Source of the DNA: Rhynchobatus australiae
Taxonomy: Eukaryota
Assembly (NCBI GenBank): GCA_034780895.1
Contig: JAUZTB010000076.1
Span: 108,759,650 to 108,823,384, forward strand
DNA length: 63,735 nt
Direction: 5' to 3'
The notes below the pieces were generated by a model that was given only the letters and a program-made list of their open reading frames with translations, did no database searches and was not told where the DNA came from. The position numbers and the translations under genes were made by a program. Each line of letters starts with the position of its first letter. The stretch's first letter is position 1. Positions 1 through 11,975 of the stretch are shown here, piece after piece.

Positions 1-1522
1 GAATATACACCAAGTTACTATGGGAAGCGAGGGAAGAGATTGCTGGAGCGTTACTGATGATCTTTGAGTCCTCCCTGGCCACAGGAGTGATACCGGTGGA
101 TTGGAGGATGGGAAACTTTGTTCCATTGTACAAGAAAGGTAAAAGGGATAATCCTGGGAATTACAGACCAGAGAGTCTTACGTCAGTGGTGGGCAAACTA
201 TTGGAGCAGATTCTTAGGGACAGGATTTATGAGCATTTGGAGAAGCATAGTCTTATTAGGAATTGTCAACATGGCTTTGTGAAGGGCAGGTTGTGCCTCA
301 TGAGCTTAGAGTTTTTTGAGGAAATGACAAGACAAATTAATGAAGGTAGTGTGGTGGATGTGGTATATATGGATTTTAGCAAGGCATTTGACAAGGCTCC
401 CCATGGTAGGCTCATTAAGAAAATCATGTGGTATGGGATCCATGGAAAATTGGCTGTGTGGATTCAAAATTGGCTTGCCCACAGAAGGCAGAGGGTGGTT
501 GTAGAAGGAGGGTATTCCACCTGGAGGTCAGTGACTAGGGGTGTTCTGCAGGAATCTGTTCTGGGACCCCTGCTCTTTGTGATTTTTATAAGTGATGAGG
601 AAGTGGAAGGATGGGTTGGTAAGTTTGCAGATGACACAAAGGTTGTAGTAGTGTAGTAGATAGTGAAAAAGGTTGTCCTAAGTTGCAACGGGATTTAAAC
701 AGGATGCAGAGCTGGGCAGAGAAGTGGCAGATGGAGTTCAATCAGGATAAATGTGAAGTGATACACTTTGGAAGAATGAACTTGAAGGCAGAGTACATGG
801 TTAATGGCAGGATTCTTAGCAGTGTGGCAGAACAAAGAAATCTTGGGTCCAAGTATATAGATTCCTCAAAAGTTGCCTCACAAGTGGATAGGGCAGTTAA
901 GAAGATGTATGGTGTGCTGGCCTTCATTAGCCAGGGGATTGAGTTCAAGAGCCAAGAGGTAATGTCACAGTTCTCTAAGACTCTGGTTAGACTACACTTA
1001 GAATAGTGTTCAGTTCTGGTCACCACATTATAGGAAGGATGCAGAAGCTTTGCAGAAGAGATTTACAAGGATGCTACCTGGGTTGAAGAGCACATCTTAT
1101 GAGGAGAGGTTGAGAGAGTTAGGACTTTTCTCTTTGGAGCAACAGAGAATGAGAGGAGACTTGAGACTTATGAGAGGCATAGACAGAGTGGTTAGCTAGC
1201 ATCTTTTCCCTAAGGTGGCAATAGCCAATACTAGAGGTCATCCATTTAAGGTGCATGGAGGAAAGTTCAGGAGAGAAGTCAAAGTTAGGCTTTTTTTTAA
1301 TTATACAGGGAGTGGTGGGTGCCTGAAATGCACTGCCGGATGTCGTGGTAGGGGCTGATACGATAGGGTCATTTAAGAGACTATTAGATAGGCACATGGT
1401 CAAAAGAAAAATAGAGGGTTATGGGAGGTGGAGGGGGGAAATCGACTGAATGGGGTTAAGGTTTATATCAGTCGGCACAACATCATGGGCTGAAGGGCCC
1501 ATACTGTGCTGTACTGTTCTGT
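1..1522 (+). mobile_element. CR1-clade LINE (HER1-like), decayed RT C-terminal half plus 3' UTR
   Basis: ORFs 57-656 and 683-1006 (PGNYRP, VDVVYMDFSKAFDK, SVLGPLLF, KFADDTK, WQMEFN); CR1 tail gaagggcc...tgtgctgtactgttct. Confidence 0.95.
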
Positions 1523-2025
1523 GCCAACAGTAAGGAGTATCCATCCAGTAGATGAACAGTGACATCCATGTTAACTCAAATGCAACTGCTGCTCAGAGGA
1601 ACTCACTACTGAGCGTCCCAAAATAGTTACACTAATTACATTAAATGGGTGCCTAAACATGTGGATTGGTCTCAGGCCAACACAAAAGCTTGAAAACGTT
1701 GGTTCACACAACTATAATAAGTATTTTAAGAATCTGATTACGCTGGGCAAGGCCAGAGTTTGAAGTTGAAATACCATTCCAAGGAATGACACTGAACGCA
1801 AGCAATTTTCCTCAGTCAATTCAATGCCACCAAAAGATGGTAAATGACTGAAAAATGGTAAATATCTTATGGCTTAAGTGTTAGCACAATGGTAAATTTA
1901 TTACACTTCCCAATTGTGTCACGTTATTTCTTTGAGAACTAGATGTGGGAGCAACTGTACTTTGAAAAAGCATTCAGTTTAGAACTTCTCATCCTGCTCA
2001 AAAAGAAAAATTCACATGGACTTAC

Positions 2026-2077
2026 TTGTGAATACCACTCTGACAGATTCTCTTCTTTTTTAGCTTCTAGGCCCAAT
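2026..2077 (-). CDS. EPRS1: EPRS1 exon 21, start of ProRS (LGLEAKKEENLSEWYSQ)
   Basis: ttatag / gtaagt; 52 nt; not in the ORF track. Confidence 0.96.
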
Positions 2078-2366
2078 CTATAAAGAGGATCATATTATTC
2101 AGAACCAATGGTGACAAATAATTAATAATTCACTAACTTCATGCTTTACACTTCTAGTTTCACATCCCAAAAGCATGACAAAATGAACCACTTGATTTTT
2201 CAGAAAGTGCTAAATTTCATACTGCATTTTAGATCAATCTTTAAACTCTTGCAGAATCAAAACTTTTTAAAAAAGGTTCTCATGCACATTTTAAAAAATG
2301 TTGCCAAAACTTGAAGGTTATAAGACAAAACTAAATGCCACAGGTAGTGTATTAATATACTGGTTA

Positions 2367-2630
2367 TAGAGTCAGAGTTATACAGCATGTAAACAGGCCC
2401 TTTAGGCCAACTTTTCCATGACAACCAAGCTGCCTACGTGAGTTAGTCCCATCATCTGTGTTTGGCNNNNNNNNNNNNNNNNNNNNNNNNNNNNNNNNNN
2501 NNNNNNNNNNNNNNNNNNNNNNNNNNNNNNNNNNNNNNNNNNNNNNNNNNNNNNNNNNNNNNNNNNATCACCTTGCGGCTCTTGAACTCAATACCCCAAC
2601 AAATGAAGGGTAATACTCCACACGCCTTCT
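2367..2630 (-). mobile_element. CR1 LINE fragment split by an N gap
   Basis: Reverse CR1 3' end (acagcatgtaaacaggccc) and KKACGVLPFICWGIEFKS. Confidence 0.75.
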
Positions 2631-2794
2631 TTGGATGGTCGACATTTCGGGTCGAGACCCTTTTCTTTTCGGTGAATACAAGTGTGGAATGGGTTGCAGC
2701 AGCCAATCGGGTCACCTGCCCAACTGAAGGTCAAAGTACCACATCCTGTCAATGACCCAGACACAAAAGGCTTAAGGACAGCTACTACCAGAAT

Positions 2795-2976
2795 CTACCT
2801 GCACTGCACTTTCTCTGTCGCTGTTACACTTTATTCTGCATTTTGTTATTGTTTTACCTTGTACTACCTCAATGCGCTGTGTAATTGATCTGCACAAATG
2901 GTGTGCAAGACAAGTCTTTCACTGTACCTCGGTACAAGTGACAATGATAATAAACCAATTCCAACCAACCAATTCC
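2795..2976 (+). mobile_element. LINE 3' UTR fragment, probably Rex1/Babar family
   Basis: Same sequence as 23010-23190 and 17561-17885 (tttcactgtacctcggtacaagtgaca...aataaaccaat); family assignment inferred. Confidence 0.6.
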
Positions 2977-3479
2977 AAAAAACAGCCCTTGGGGCACACA
3001 CCCAGAACGCCATTGTTTCCTGAAGATCAGGAAACAGAAAAGGAGGCCACATACTTCCATGGCACTTGTCACAATCTTGGGATACTCAAAAGTGCTTCTA
3101 GTTAATTGATTATTTATAACATTATGTCACTCTAGTGCTGTGGGAAATGCTTCAAAGCATACTCTCTCAAATAGTAACGCTATAAAGACCAGATAATCCA
3201 CTTTAGTTACAGTGGTTCAGAGGTACCTGCTGCATTTTGCAGGACCCCAGAGACACATTCCCAGTCCCTCAAAGATCCATTACAAGCACCAGAAGGAGCA
3301 GATGGAGCTAATATCTCACTCAAATCACAGCAACTCCAGAATGTCAGTGCAAATTTTATGCTCGAAGGTGCTGCCTACCTTGTCTGGCTGGCTTTTAAGG
3401 AGGAAATATAATGTTTATTTAAAAAACCAGTCAAAAGCTACAGTGACAATTTTTCCCTCAGAGCCTTCAAATGGTGAGC

Positions 3480-3576
3480 AACACACAAGATACTGGAGGA
3501 ACTCAGCGGGTCAGGCAGCAGCTATAGTGGGAAATGGACAGTCAACGTATCAGGTCGAGACCTTCATCTGGACTGG
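3480..3576 (-). mobile_element. Penelope-derived short element with hammerhead-like core
   Basis: ctggaggaactcagcgggtcaggcagca...caggtcgagaccttcatc shared with copies at 7859, 18347, 24573, 33513, 37835, 42215. Confidence 0.65.
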
Positions 3577-3748
3577 AAATGGTGATGCTGGTTAAGTCTG
3601 TGTGATGCTCTAGGGAAAGCAACCCAGTTAATTCAGTGCTCTGTGTGAATGGAATCGTATTCATTACAACTGGAAGAAAATCACTGCGATTTCCCCACAT
3701 TTGGAAAATAAACATTAAGGTGAGAGGAGAAAAGCTTAAAGGAGATTA

Positions 3749-4178
3749 AGTTGCCTGGGACTATACTCACTGGAATTCAGAAGAATGAGAGAGGATCCTA
3801 TAGAAACATAAAATTATGAAAGGGATAGATAAGATGGAGGCAGGATGGTTGTTTCCACTGGTAGCTGAGACTAGAACTAGGGGATATAACCTCAAGATTC
3901 AGGGGAATATAATTAGGACAGAGACGAGGAGAAACTGCTTTTCCCAGAGAGTAGTGAATCTCTGGAATTCTCTGCCCAGGGAATCAGTAGAGACTACCTC
4001 ATTAAATACATTTAAGACACACTTAGATAGATTAATGCATAGTAGGGGAAGGGTTGTGGGGAAAAGGCAGGCAAGTGGATCTGAGTCCATGGCCAGATCA
4101 GCCATGATCTTACCGAATGGCAGAGCTGCCTCAACGGGCCAGATGGCCTATTCCTGCTCCTATTTCTTATGTTCTTAT
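3749..4178 (+). mobile_element. 5'-truncated CR1 LINE 3' end
   Basis: ORF 3816-4235 (TRG..LK, FSQRVVNLWNSLP); tail cctgctcctatttcttatgttctta. Confidence 0.9.
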
Positions 4179-4184
4179 CCGTCT

Positions 4185-4965
4185 CCATCACATCCTCTAT
4201 CACCTCATTCCATGTTCACACCACCTTCTGTGTGAAAAAGTTACCCCTTTTGGTCCCCTTTAACTTCTCTCCCCTCTCATCTTAAGTCTGTGCTCTCTAG
4301 TTTTGGACTCACTTACCCCAGAAAAAAGATTGCAACCATTCACCTTACTGATGTCCCTCATGATTTTACATACCTCTAAGGTCACCCTGCAATCTCCTAA
4401 ACTGCAGGGAAAATAAAAGCCCCAGCCAATCCAGTCTCTCCCCATAATTCAAGCCTTCCAGTCTCGATAACCTCCTTCTGAATCTTTCCTGCACATTTCC
4501 CAGTTTAATGACATCCTTCCTATAGCTAAACAAGAAGAACTGCATATAGTATTCCAAGTGTAGTCTCATGAGCATCTTGTACGGATGTAACATTACGACC
4601 CATCTCAATGCCCTTGCCGATGAAGGCAAGCATGACAAACGCCTTCTTCACTACCCTGTCTACCTATAATTGCCAACTTCAGGGAACTATGTACTTGTAC
4701 CTCTAGGCCTTTCGGTTCTACAACACTCTCCAGGGCCCTGTCATTTACAGTGCTAGGTTCAACTTCCCAAAATGCAAAAGTTCACACTTGTCCGAGTTAT
4801 GTTTCATCTGCCACTCCTTGGCTCACTTTTCCAGTTGATGTAGATACTGTTGCAAATTGAGACAACCTTCTTCACTGTCCACTATACCACCAATTTTGGC
4901 GTCATCTGCTAACTTACTAACCATGCTAACTACACTCTCATCCATTTAGTCAATATAGACAACAA
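4185..4965 (-). mobile_element. CR1 LINE fragment, tail-to-tail with the preceding copy
   Basis: Minus-strand ORFs 4260-4445 and 4366-4638 (RLHLEYY, ERLDWLGL); reverse KLADDAK region near 4900. Confidence 0.88.
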
Positions 4966-5855
4966 ACAGTGTCTTATATAAATATACAGACCACACTAAG
5001 TTATGAGAAACATTTTTTCTGAGATCACAGGGATCTCAGGAATGCACTGGGTTGGTATGTAATAATGTTCTTTTAGCTCTAGAACCCAGTTGTAACAAGG
5101 AAGTGCCATTTCATGTGTCTTTACAAACTCTATATAGTTGAAAACTTAATTTTAGTTTCAGGAGTAATACAGCACAGAAAGATGGCATTGAACCCACTAT
5201 ACCTGTGCCTACTCTTTTAATGAACTAGTTAATTAATCCCACTCCATTTGGATTTTTCCTAGCTATACAAACTCTTGCCAACGATAAATACACAAAAAAG
5301 TTAAATCACAATCTCAATGTTACAAAGTCTTAATGCTCAGTATGGAAAGAGCAAAATAAAACTGACACTGATGCACAGAAGACATTCTCAGGCTGTGGGC
5401 TGGAGTATGGTTGGAAGCATTATTTTATTTGGCACCTGGCCCATTCTACTCCCAATCATTTCCGCTGACATCTGGCAGCAACATTTTTTAGCACAGATAT
5501 CCCTCACTTTCATGAGGAGTAAAACAAAATGTTGTAAAATATTTATGGAAGATTACAGCTATTAAAAGTCATTTCAAATCTGTCACAATATCTTAAGCTT
5601 TAACTTCCCAGTTCCTGCTTTTATCCAAGAAATACAAGGTAGTTCATAAGGTTGTGCTCCTGATCCGACCATTTTTGTACTCTGAGGGTTAAGGGGTAAC
5701 TGCCAGTTTGGTTGGATTTTCAAATTGGGGCCAAATGGGAGCACAATTAGATGATTTTGATCACAATATCCACCCGTTTCCAACTAAAGATCTTGTTTAG
5801 CAAGTTTCTACTCTTTGGAGCACACTTAAGTGACTTTGTTTTGATGTTTACTCAC

Positions 5856-6106
5856 CGGGTCTGCTTCTTTGGCCCTTGACCTTCACCTGCGCCTCCGCTA
5901 CTTGATCCTTGCTCCTGCTCTTCTGTGTCTTTCTTGTGTTCCTCAGATTTTTCAGATTTATTCTGCCTCTCAGATTTGTTTTGTTTTTCTTTTTTATTTT
6001 TGATCCTGTCATCACCACCAGCAGCTGGTTTATATTCCACTCCTGTTAAAGCTTTATACTGGCACTTCAAATTAAGGAGCAAAGTGACAGCAGCATCTAT
6101 CTTCTC
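5856..6106 (-). CDS. EPRS1: EPRS1 exon 20: rest of WHEP3 and Lys/Glu-rich linker (...[13 protein letters not shown])
   Basis: ORF 5852-6169; tcccag / gtgagt; 251 nt. Confidence 0.96.
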
Positions 6107-6638
6107 CTGGGAAAAAATAAGAGCAGAGAGAGACTTGTATGAAAAAAATAAGTGGATTACAAATTTCATGTTACATTAAACTATATTGTACACTAAATTG
6201 CTAGCTTGGCCTGGGGAAACTAACAATTTTGCCCCTAGATAGGACAACCAATTTTATAAAATTATACTCCATGTAAGCTACTTGATCAGTCCTTCTGACT
6301 GAGATTGGTACAAATTTATCTTTTTTTTACTCCAATTCACTAGGAACCAGGCTGGTGAAGTACTTCAATGTAGAAATATTTCTCAGCAACATGGCACGTT
6401 TCAAGCCTCTAATGAAAGCTAACATCCTGAATTTCAGTGTAATTATTTCAACCTTCATTTATAATTCATATTACTTTCATACTTCAAACTGAATTATTCA
6501 CCTCTTTTTGAGCACAGCTATATTTCTATTGAAGTATACCAATATCTGATCTGAAAGAATGGCTACTTTTTACTCCTTTGTATGAATACGGCAGCAACAC
6601 CCTATAGGTTCAATAACTGAAGAATCCCACAGCATTAC

Positions 6639-6869
6639 CTTAGAAACTTTCTCTGCTTTAAGCTTGCGTACAACTTCTCCTTGTTCTGCCACCTTATTGT
6701 ACAGTGCTTTCTCATCAAGTCCAGATGCTTCCGTAGAGCAGCTCATGGCTGGAGTTACTGCTTCTGCCACTGCAGTAGGTGGCTTCCCTGGTTTGTACTC
6801 CTCCCCAGTCTTCTGTTTAAACTCTGTTTTTAAAGCTAGAAGTGTTTTCACTGCTTCATCCACTTGACT
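6639..6869 (-). CDS. EPRS1: EPRS1 exon 19: rest of WHEP2 and first helix of WHEP3
   Basis: ORF 6570-6896; attcag / gtaatg; 231 nt. Confidence 0.96.
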
Positions 6870-7858
6870 CTGAATAATGAGGTAATAATTAAACACAAAT
6901 AAAAAGTAAATAACAGAAATACAAAGATATAGTTATTGAATCTGCATGAACATGTCTCTTTTTTAGTCATACTTCATTCACAGTTCAAGTAAAATAAATG
7001 TATTTTTAGAGAAAAAATACATTTATACATTACATATGTAATTTAATGTTAAATCACAAAAGATGATAGAAAAATACAAAAAAACATTTGCAAAGATCTT
7101 CCTGTCATTAGGTTTGGAGTAGGTCTGTTCACTGACGGCCTCATCTTTCTTTTCCACTCAAGTCCTTCAACAGTGAAACAGTATGTATCAACCAACAGCA
7201 GACTAAAATATTGAGGGATGCAATGATATAAGTGACAAGAATAACAATTTGATGAAGAGAAAACCCTTATCTCCCTTAAAACTTCAAAGCTTCCACTTCT
7301 CACTGGTTCTTGCATTAAATTCCTGGAGTCATCAATGAAAATCTTAATTGAAAACAGACAAAACACCATAGCAACTGAACATGCAGTGGAAAGTGACTCG
7401 CCTCCTGACTTCTTGCGTACAATGCACAAACTTCACATGTTGGAAGTAGGAAGAAATACTTGCTCATCTGGATAAATGCAGCCACAACAGTCAAAAACAA
7501 AAAAAAGTCTTGGCTTGATATACACTCAACCAAGTGGACTTATAACAAGCCAAGGCCTCAACTACCAGGCAAAACATTTAACTATTCCAGTATTTCAACA
7601 TGCATTTCAGAATTCTTGGCTAGTGAGAATATATGCCTAATAAAACATGAAGAAGTGTAGTTAGATTAGGATAGAAAATACCAACATCAGCACACATTAA
7701 AAATATGACTGCTTTATCATCCCATGCTTGCATCAATTAAAAGTTATTACACATTATGAAACTTGAGCTCAAAGTTTTAACAATTCAATCCAAATTACAG
7801 TATTAATGATTGCTTCACTTAAGATATTAATGTAAGGGTCAAATAGAGAGTTGGTTTT

Positions 7859-8035
7859 ATCTGAAATAATATCAGAAAATACTGGTAAAACTATAACTGC
7901 ATTGTAACTCAGCAGGTCGGGCAGCATCTGTGGAAAGAGAAATAGCCAAGGTTTCAGCTCAAAGGCCCTTCATCAGAACAGTTATTTTCTATTATTATTT
8001 CAGATTTCTGGCATCTGCAGTCTTTTTGATTTTTC
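7859..8035. mobile_element. Penelope-derived fold-back element
   Basis: Inverted arms atctgaaataat...agaaaata / tattttct...tatttcagat around the actcagcaggtcgggcagcatctgtggaaagaga core. Confidence 0.65.
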
Positions 8036-8227
8036 AGTTGGTTTCATCTGCTGGATTTACATTTACCAATATTTTGGCATAATTAAAAGCCTGTTAAATA
8101 ACAAAAGTTCACTCAAAACTAATTTAAAAATCAGCATTTCTTTTGTCAGTGAATAGGTAATTATGTTTCCATATTATAATGAGGAGGAAAAGGCAGATCT
8201 TGAAAACTTTTAAGAGGATAAAAATAC

Positions 8228-8596
8228 CTTGGGTGCTTTTTCTGCTTTGAGTTTTCGAACAACCTCGCCTTGTTGAAACACCTTGTCATACAGAACATTG
8301 CTATTATTTGTGTCCATAGGCTTGGGTGCAGAGAGAGGGCTATCAATTGATGTCGGTGGCTCTCCAGGCTTGTATTCAGTACCAGTCTTTTTCTTATATT
8401 CAGCTTTCAAAGCTAACAGTTCTTTAACTGCAATATCCACCTCTTCTTTGGATGCTTTCTTTGCCTTCAGTTCACGCACCACTTCACCTTGTTGAGCTAC
8501 TTTGTTGTAAATTGCAACAAGGTCCACTGCATCATTTGTTGAGGCAGGTGAACCATCAAGAGATGATGCATTTGTAGCTACAGAGTCAGTTTTAAT
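8228..8596 (-). CDS. EPRS1: EPRS1 exon 18: linker, WHEP1 and first helix of WHEP2
   Basis: ORF 8210-8527 ([37 protein letters not shown]); ttttag / gtattt; 369 nt. Confidence 0.94.
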
Positions 8597-9473
8597 CTAA
8601 AATAATGAAAATGTTTATAAAATCAATTGAACTGGATCCTTGAATTTAAATACTTTTATAAGCATCATCTTTTAAAACGAAACAGCAAACTCAGAAAGTG
8701 CTCATATACACTGATTTTAATTGTTTCTCCCCATAATTAACAGCGCATTAATTACTGGAAGAATAAACCATACTTAAAGTTGGCAATCCAGTCACATACA
8801 TCAGTAGAAAACATAAATGGCTGAATCAGTGTTGAGCAATAATGCCTTACATGAAAAATTGTTCCCACTTAATTCTCACAGTTCTCCTAAAGGGAACTTG
8901 CTAACAGAAGCTGGCCTGAGGAAAATGGTATCAAATGGGTGGTGGTGGTGGTGGGGTGGGGGAAGGAAGAGAAGCAAAATGAGTCCCAGCCACAAAATAA
9001 CTGAAAATATTCTCAGTAGGCCCAGCTACACCATCTGACTTGGGCAACTGTCAAAGCTTGAACACTTCTAACATCCTNNNNNNNNNNAATGTATTTAAAG
9101 ACAAAAACCGGAACACAACTAAACTGGGATACAAGTTGCTCGAACAAATTATCCATTATATTTGGCGGTCACACTTTTTCATTTTCTACCCTTAACCAAA
9201 CTCATGGAGTGCAGCATCTGAGCATAACAAAAACAATGCTGGCAAACATCTCTGCATTTGTATGTACATAAATCCTAGATTTGATAGGACCAAGTGTTGG
9301 AATACAAAAATTTCCAACAATTTCCCACAAAATTCAGGCCTGTATCTTAAAGGTGAACCACCAACTTAGAACGCAAACTAACTAAAAGAAAATGGAGTAC
9401 AAAATAGTAATGGTAATACACAAAGTGATTTTCATACTATAACTATTCCATACCTCTGAGTACCTGTAACAGA

Positions 9474-9972
9474 TACTGGAAAGCACGAGTGATATCTCCG
9501 TAAATTCCTCCAAATCTATTACCAGGACAATGTTAGCATTCTCCTCTAGGCCAACATTCTGAGCACCGCTCAGCTCTAATGGGCAAACCATGCAGGCCTG
9601 ACACCAGTCTCCCAGAACAGATTCCCTATTTCAACTTTTGTCACAGCAAAAGATAACCAGGTGTACAAAGGAAAAAAATTCTTTGAAATTGTGCAACATC
9701 AATAATGACTCCCAGGAAAGTATGATGCATGACCAGTCAAAGTGGTGAAGGAGCATTGAGAACCTCAAGACCATTTGTAGGGAGCTCGCGGAAGCCCAGC
9801 CTCAATGGTAAAAGGTGCACATGCCCCAATCCATCCACCTACCCATCAAGCACTTCCTGCCACACGTGGTAGGGTTTGCAGGTCTCACATTGGCCAGATC
9901 AACCACTTTAGAAGCCACAAACCTGGATTAGGAACAGTAATTTGACCCTAAGAGAGTGCTTAAGACTGACTA
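9474..9972 (+). mobile_element. Decayed RTE-clade LINE 3' end
   Basis: Remnants of LRKFLQI, PDTSLPEQI and a C-terminal CGRVCRSHIG..HFRSH zinc-finger-like motif. Confidence 0.7.
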
Positions 9973-10204
9973 CTAATTGTGCTTAAAAACAATTCTGATT
10001 GAGAAAACTCAAAAACAGGATACAATAAATCTACAAAAATACAAAAGTTCTCTCCTTGTGGAATCAGTTCTCACTTCGTCAACTCGCTGTCAGACCATGG
10101 AAGAAATAAAACCGATAGGCTTTTAAATTACCTGGATTTTACAGCAAACTATGACACTGAATCTACTTAAATAAACTAGGCCAGTCAAAAGAATTTTTTT
10201 AAAA

Positions 10205-11218
10205 TTTCAGTCAAGGGATGTGGGCTTCGAAGGAAAAGTCAGCATTTAACTGCCCATCCCTAAATGCCCTTGAGAAGGTGGCAGTGAGCTGCCTTCTTGA
10301 ACCACTGCAGTCCTTGAGGTGTGAGTATGCTCACAATACCATTAGGGGGTGAATTCCAAGATTTTGACCCAGGACAGTGAAGGTACTGTGATATATTTCC
10401 AAGTCAGGATGGTGTGTGCCTTAGAGGTCAACTTCCAAGTGGTGGCGTTCCTTCTGTTGCCCTTGTCCTTTTAGCTGGTCGAGGTTGTGGGTGTGGAAGG
10501 TACTGTCTAAGGAATCCTCGTGAATTGCTGCAGTGCATCCTGTAGATGGTACAAGCTGCTGCTACTGTACGGCAGCGGTAGTTTGAGTGAATGTTTGTGG
10601 ATGGGATGCCTATGAAGCTGGCTACTGTGTCCTGTATGGTGTTGAGCTTCTTGAGCGTTGTTGAAACCGCACTTGTCCGGGCAAGTGGAGAGTATTCCAT
10701 CACACTCTTAACTTTAGCCTTGTAGAGGCTTTCGGGAGGTAGGAGGTGAGTTACTCACCTTAGGATTCCTAACCTCTCCTCCACTCTTGTAATCACATTG
10801 TGCATATGGCTATGCCAGTTCAGTTTCTGGTCAATGCTGAGTGACTTTGGCAGAGTCCAAACTGAGCTTCTGCGAGCAGGTTATTGGGTAAGCAAGTATG
10901 GCTTGACAGCACTTTTGATTATCCCTTCTATCACCTTGCTGATGATTGAGAGTAGACTAATGGGGCAGTAATTGGCCGGGCTGGATTTTTCCTGCTTCTT
11001 ATGGACAGGACATACCTGGGCCACATTGTTTGGTAGATGTCAGTGCTGCAAGCTGTATCAGAACAGCTTGCCCCAGGGCATAGCAAGTTCTGGAGCACAA
11101 ACCATCAGTTCTATTGCCAAAATGTTGACAGGGTCCATTGCCTTTGCTGATTCCAATGCCTTTAGAGTTTCTTGATGTCACATGGAGCAAATCAAATTGA
11201 CTGAAAACTGGCATCCAC
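10205..11218 (-). mobile_element. CR1-group LINE, second family (MEYSPLA...HCSNS C-terminus)
   Basis: ORF 10428-10703; reverse 3' tail gggatgtggg...cagcatttaactgcccatccctaa; same family as 20995-21975 and 56210-57010. Confidence 0.85.
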
Positions 11219-11317
11219 CACAATAAGATCACTATCAAGTGATAAATTTCCCTAATAGAATATCGATTAGGTTAAAAATAAACTTAACAGTCTACACATT
11301 TGAAGAGTCGTTCTTAC

Positions 11318-11432
11318 CACTTTAATTGCATCAAGTTTGCTCTTTTCCTTGGAACCAGAGGTAGGCATTTCCTTAGTATGACCATCAGGGATATAAATCA
11401 GTACACAAGGAGATTCTTTGCAACTGTATGGG
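11318..11432 (-). CDS. EPRS1: EPRS1 exon 17 ([38 protein letters not shown])
   Basis: atttag / gtaaga; 115 nt; IPDGH motif ending the GluRS module. Confidence 0.96.
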
Positions 11433-11861
11433 CTAAATCAAAACCAGGAAATTACATGACTGACATCAATCAAATTATAAACAGGTAACTTTTTTAAGAT
11501 TCTTTATAATGATATGTAGCTCTTTGAAACAATACAATGCAACTTTTATATTTGTATTGCTCTGGAGCGCAGAATTCAAATTAACTCCACACCAAGGTCT
11601 AAAAAAAATTATTAAATATCATTACAACAGATTGCCAATTTCAATGAAAGATCTGTTATATTTTAAATTTTTTTATGCTTTAAATGAAAAAATGGTAGAC
11701 AGTGAGCATACAGATAACATATCTAATGGTTGCTACACTTTTTTCACCATTAGGCAACATTTATCATATCTCTTACCATAAGACCGTCAAACCAGAAATA
11801 TTAATAGTTCTTTTGTTGGATATTCTTCCTATATAACAAGTCAGATTACCACAACTGCTTA

Positions 11862-11975
<114 letters not shown>

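Noticed and set aside
57-1006. Possible active reverse transcriptase gene
   Set aside because: Stops, frameshifts and deletions in the catalytic region; a dead CR1 copy
7049-7429. 126-aa sense ORF in EPRS1 intron 18, considered as an extra WHEP or alternative exon
   Set aside because: No WHEP motif, no convincing splice-site pair, and exons 18 and 19 already join in frame
5925-8495. Plus-strand ORFs mirroring the WHEP exons (5925-6179, 6664-6867, 8283-8495)
   Set aside because: Antisense shadows of the EPRS1 coding exons
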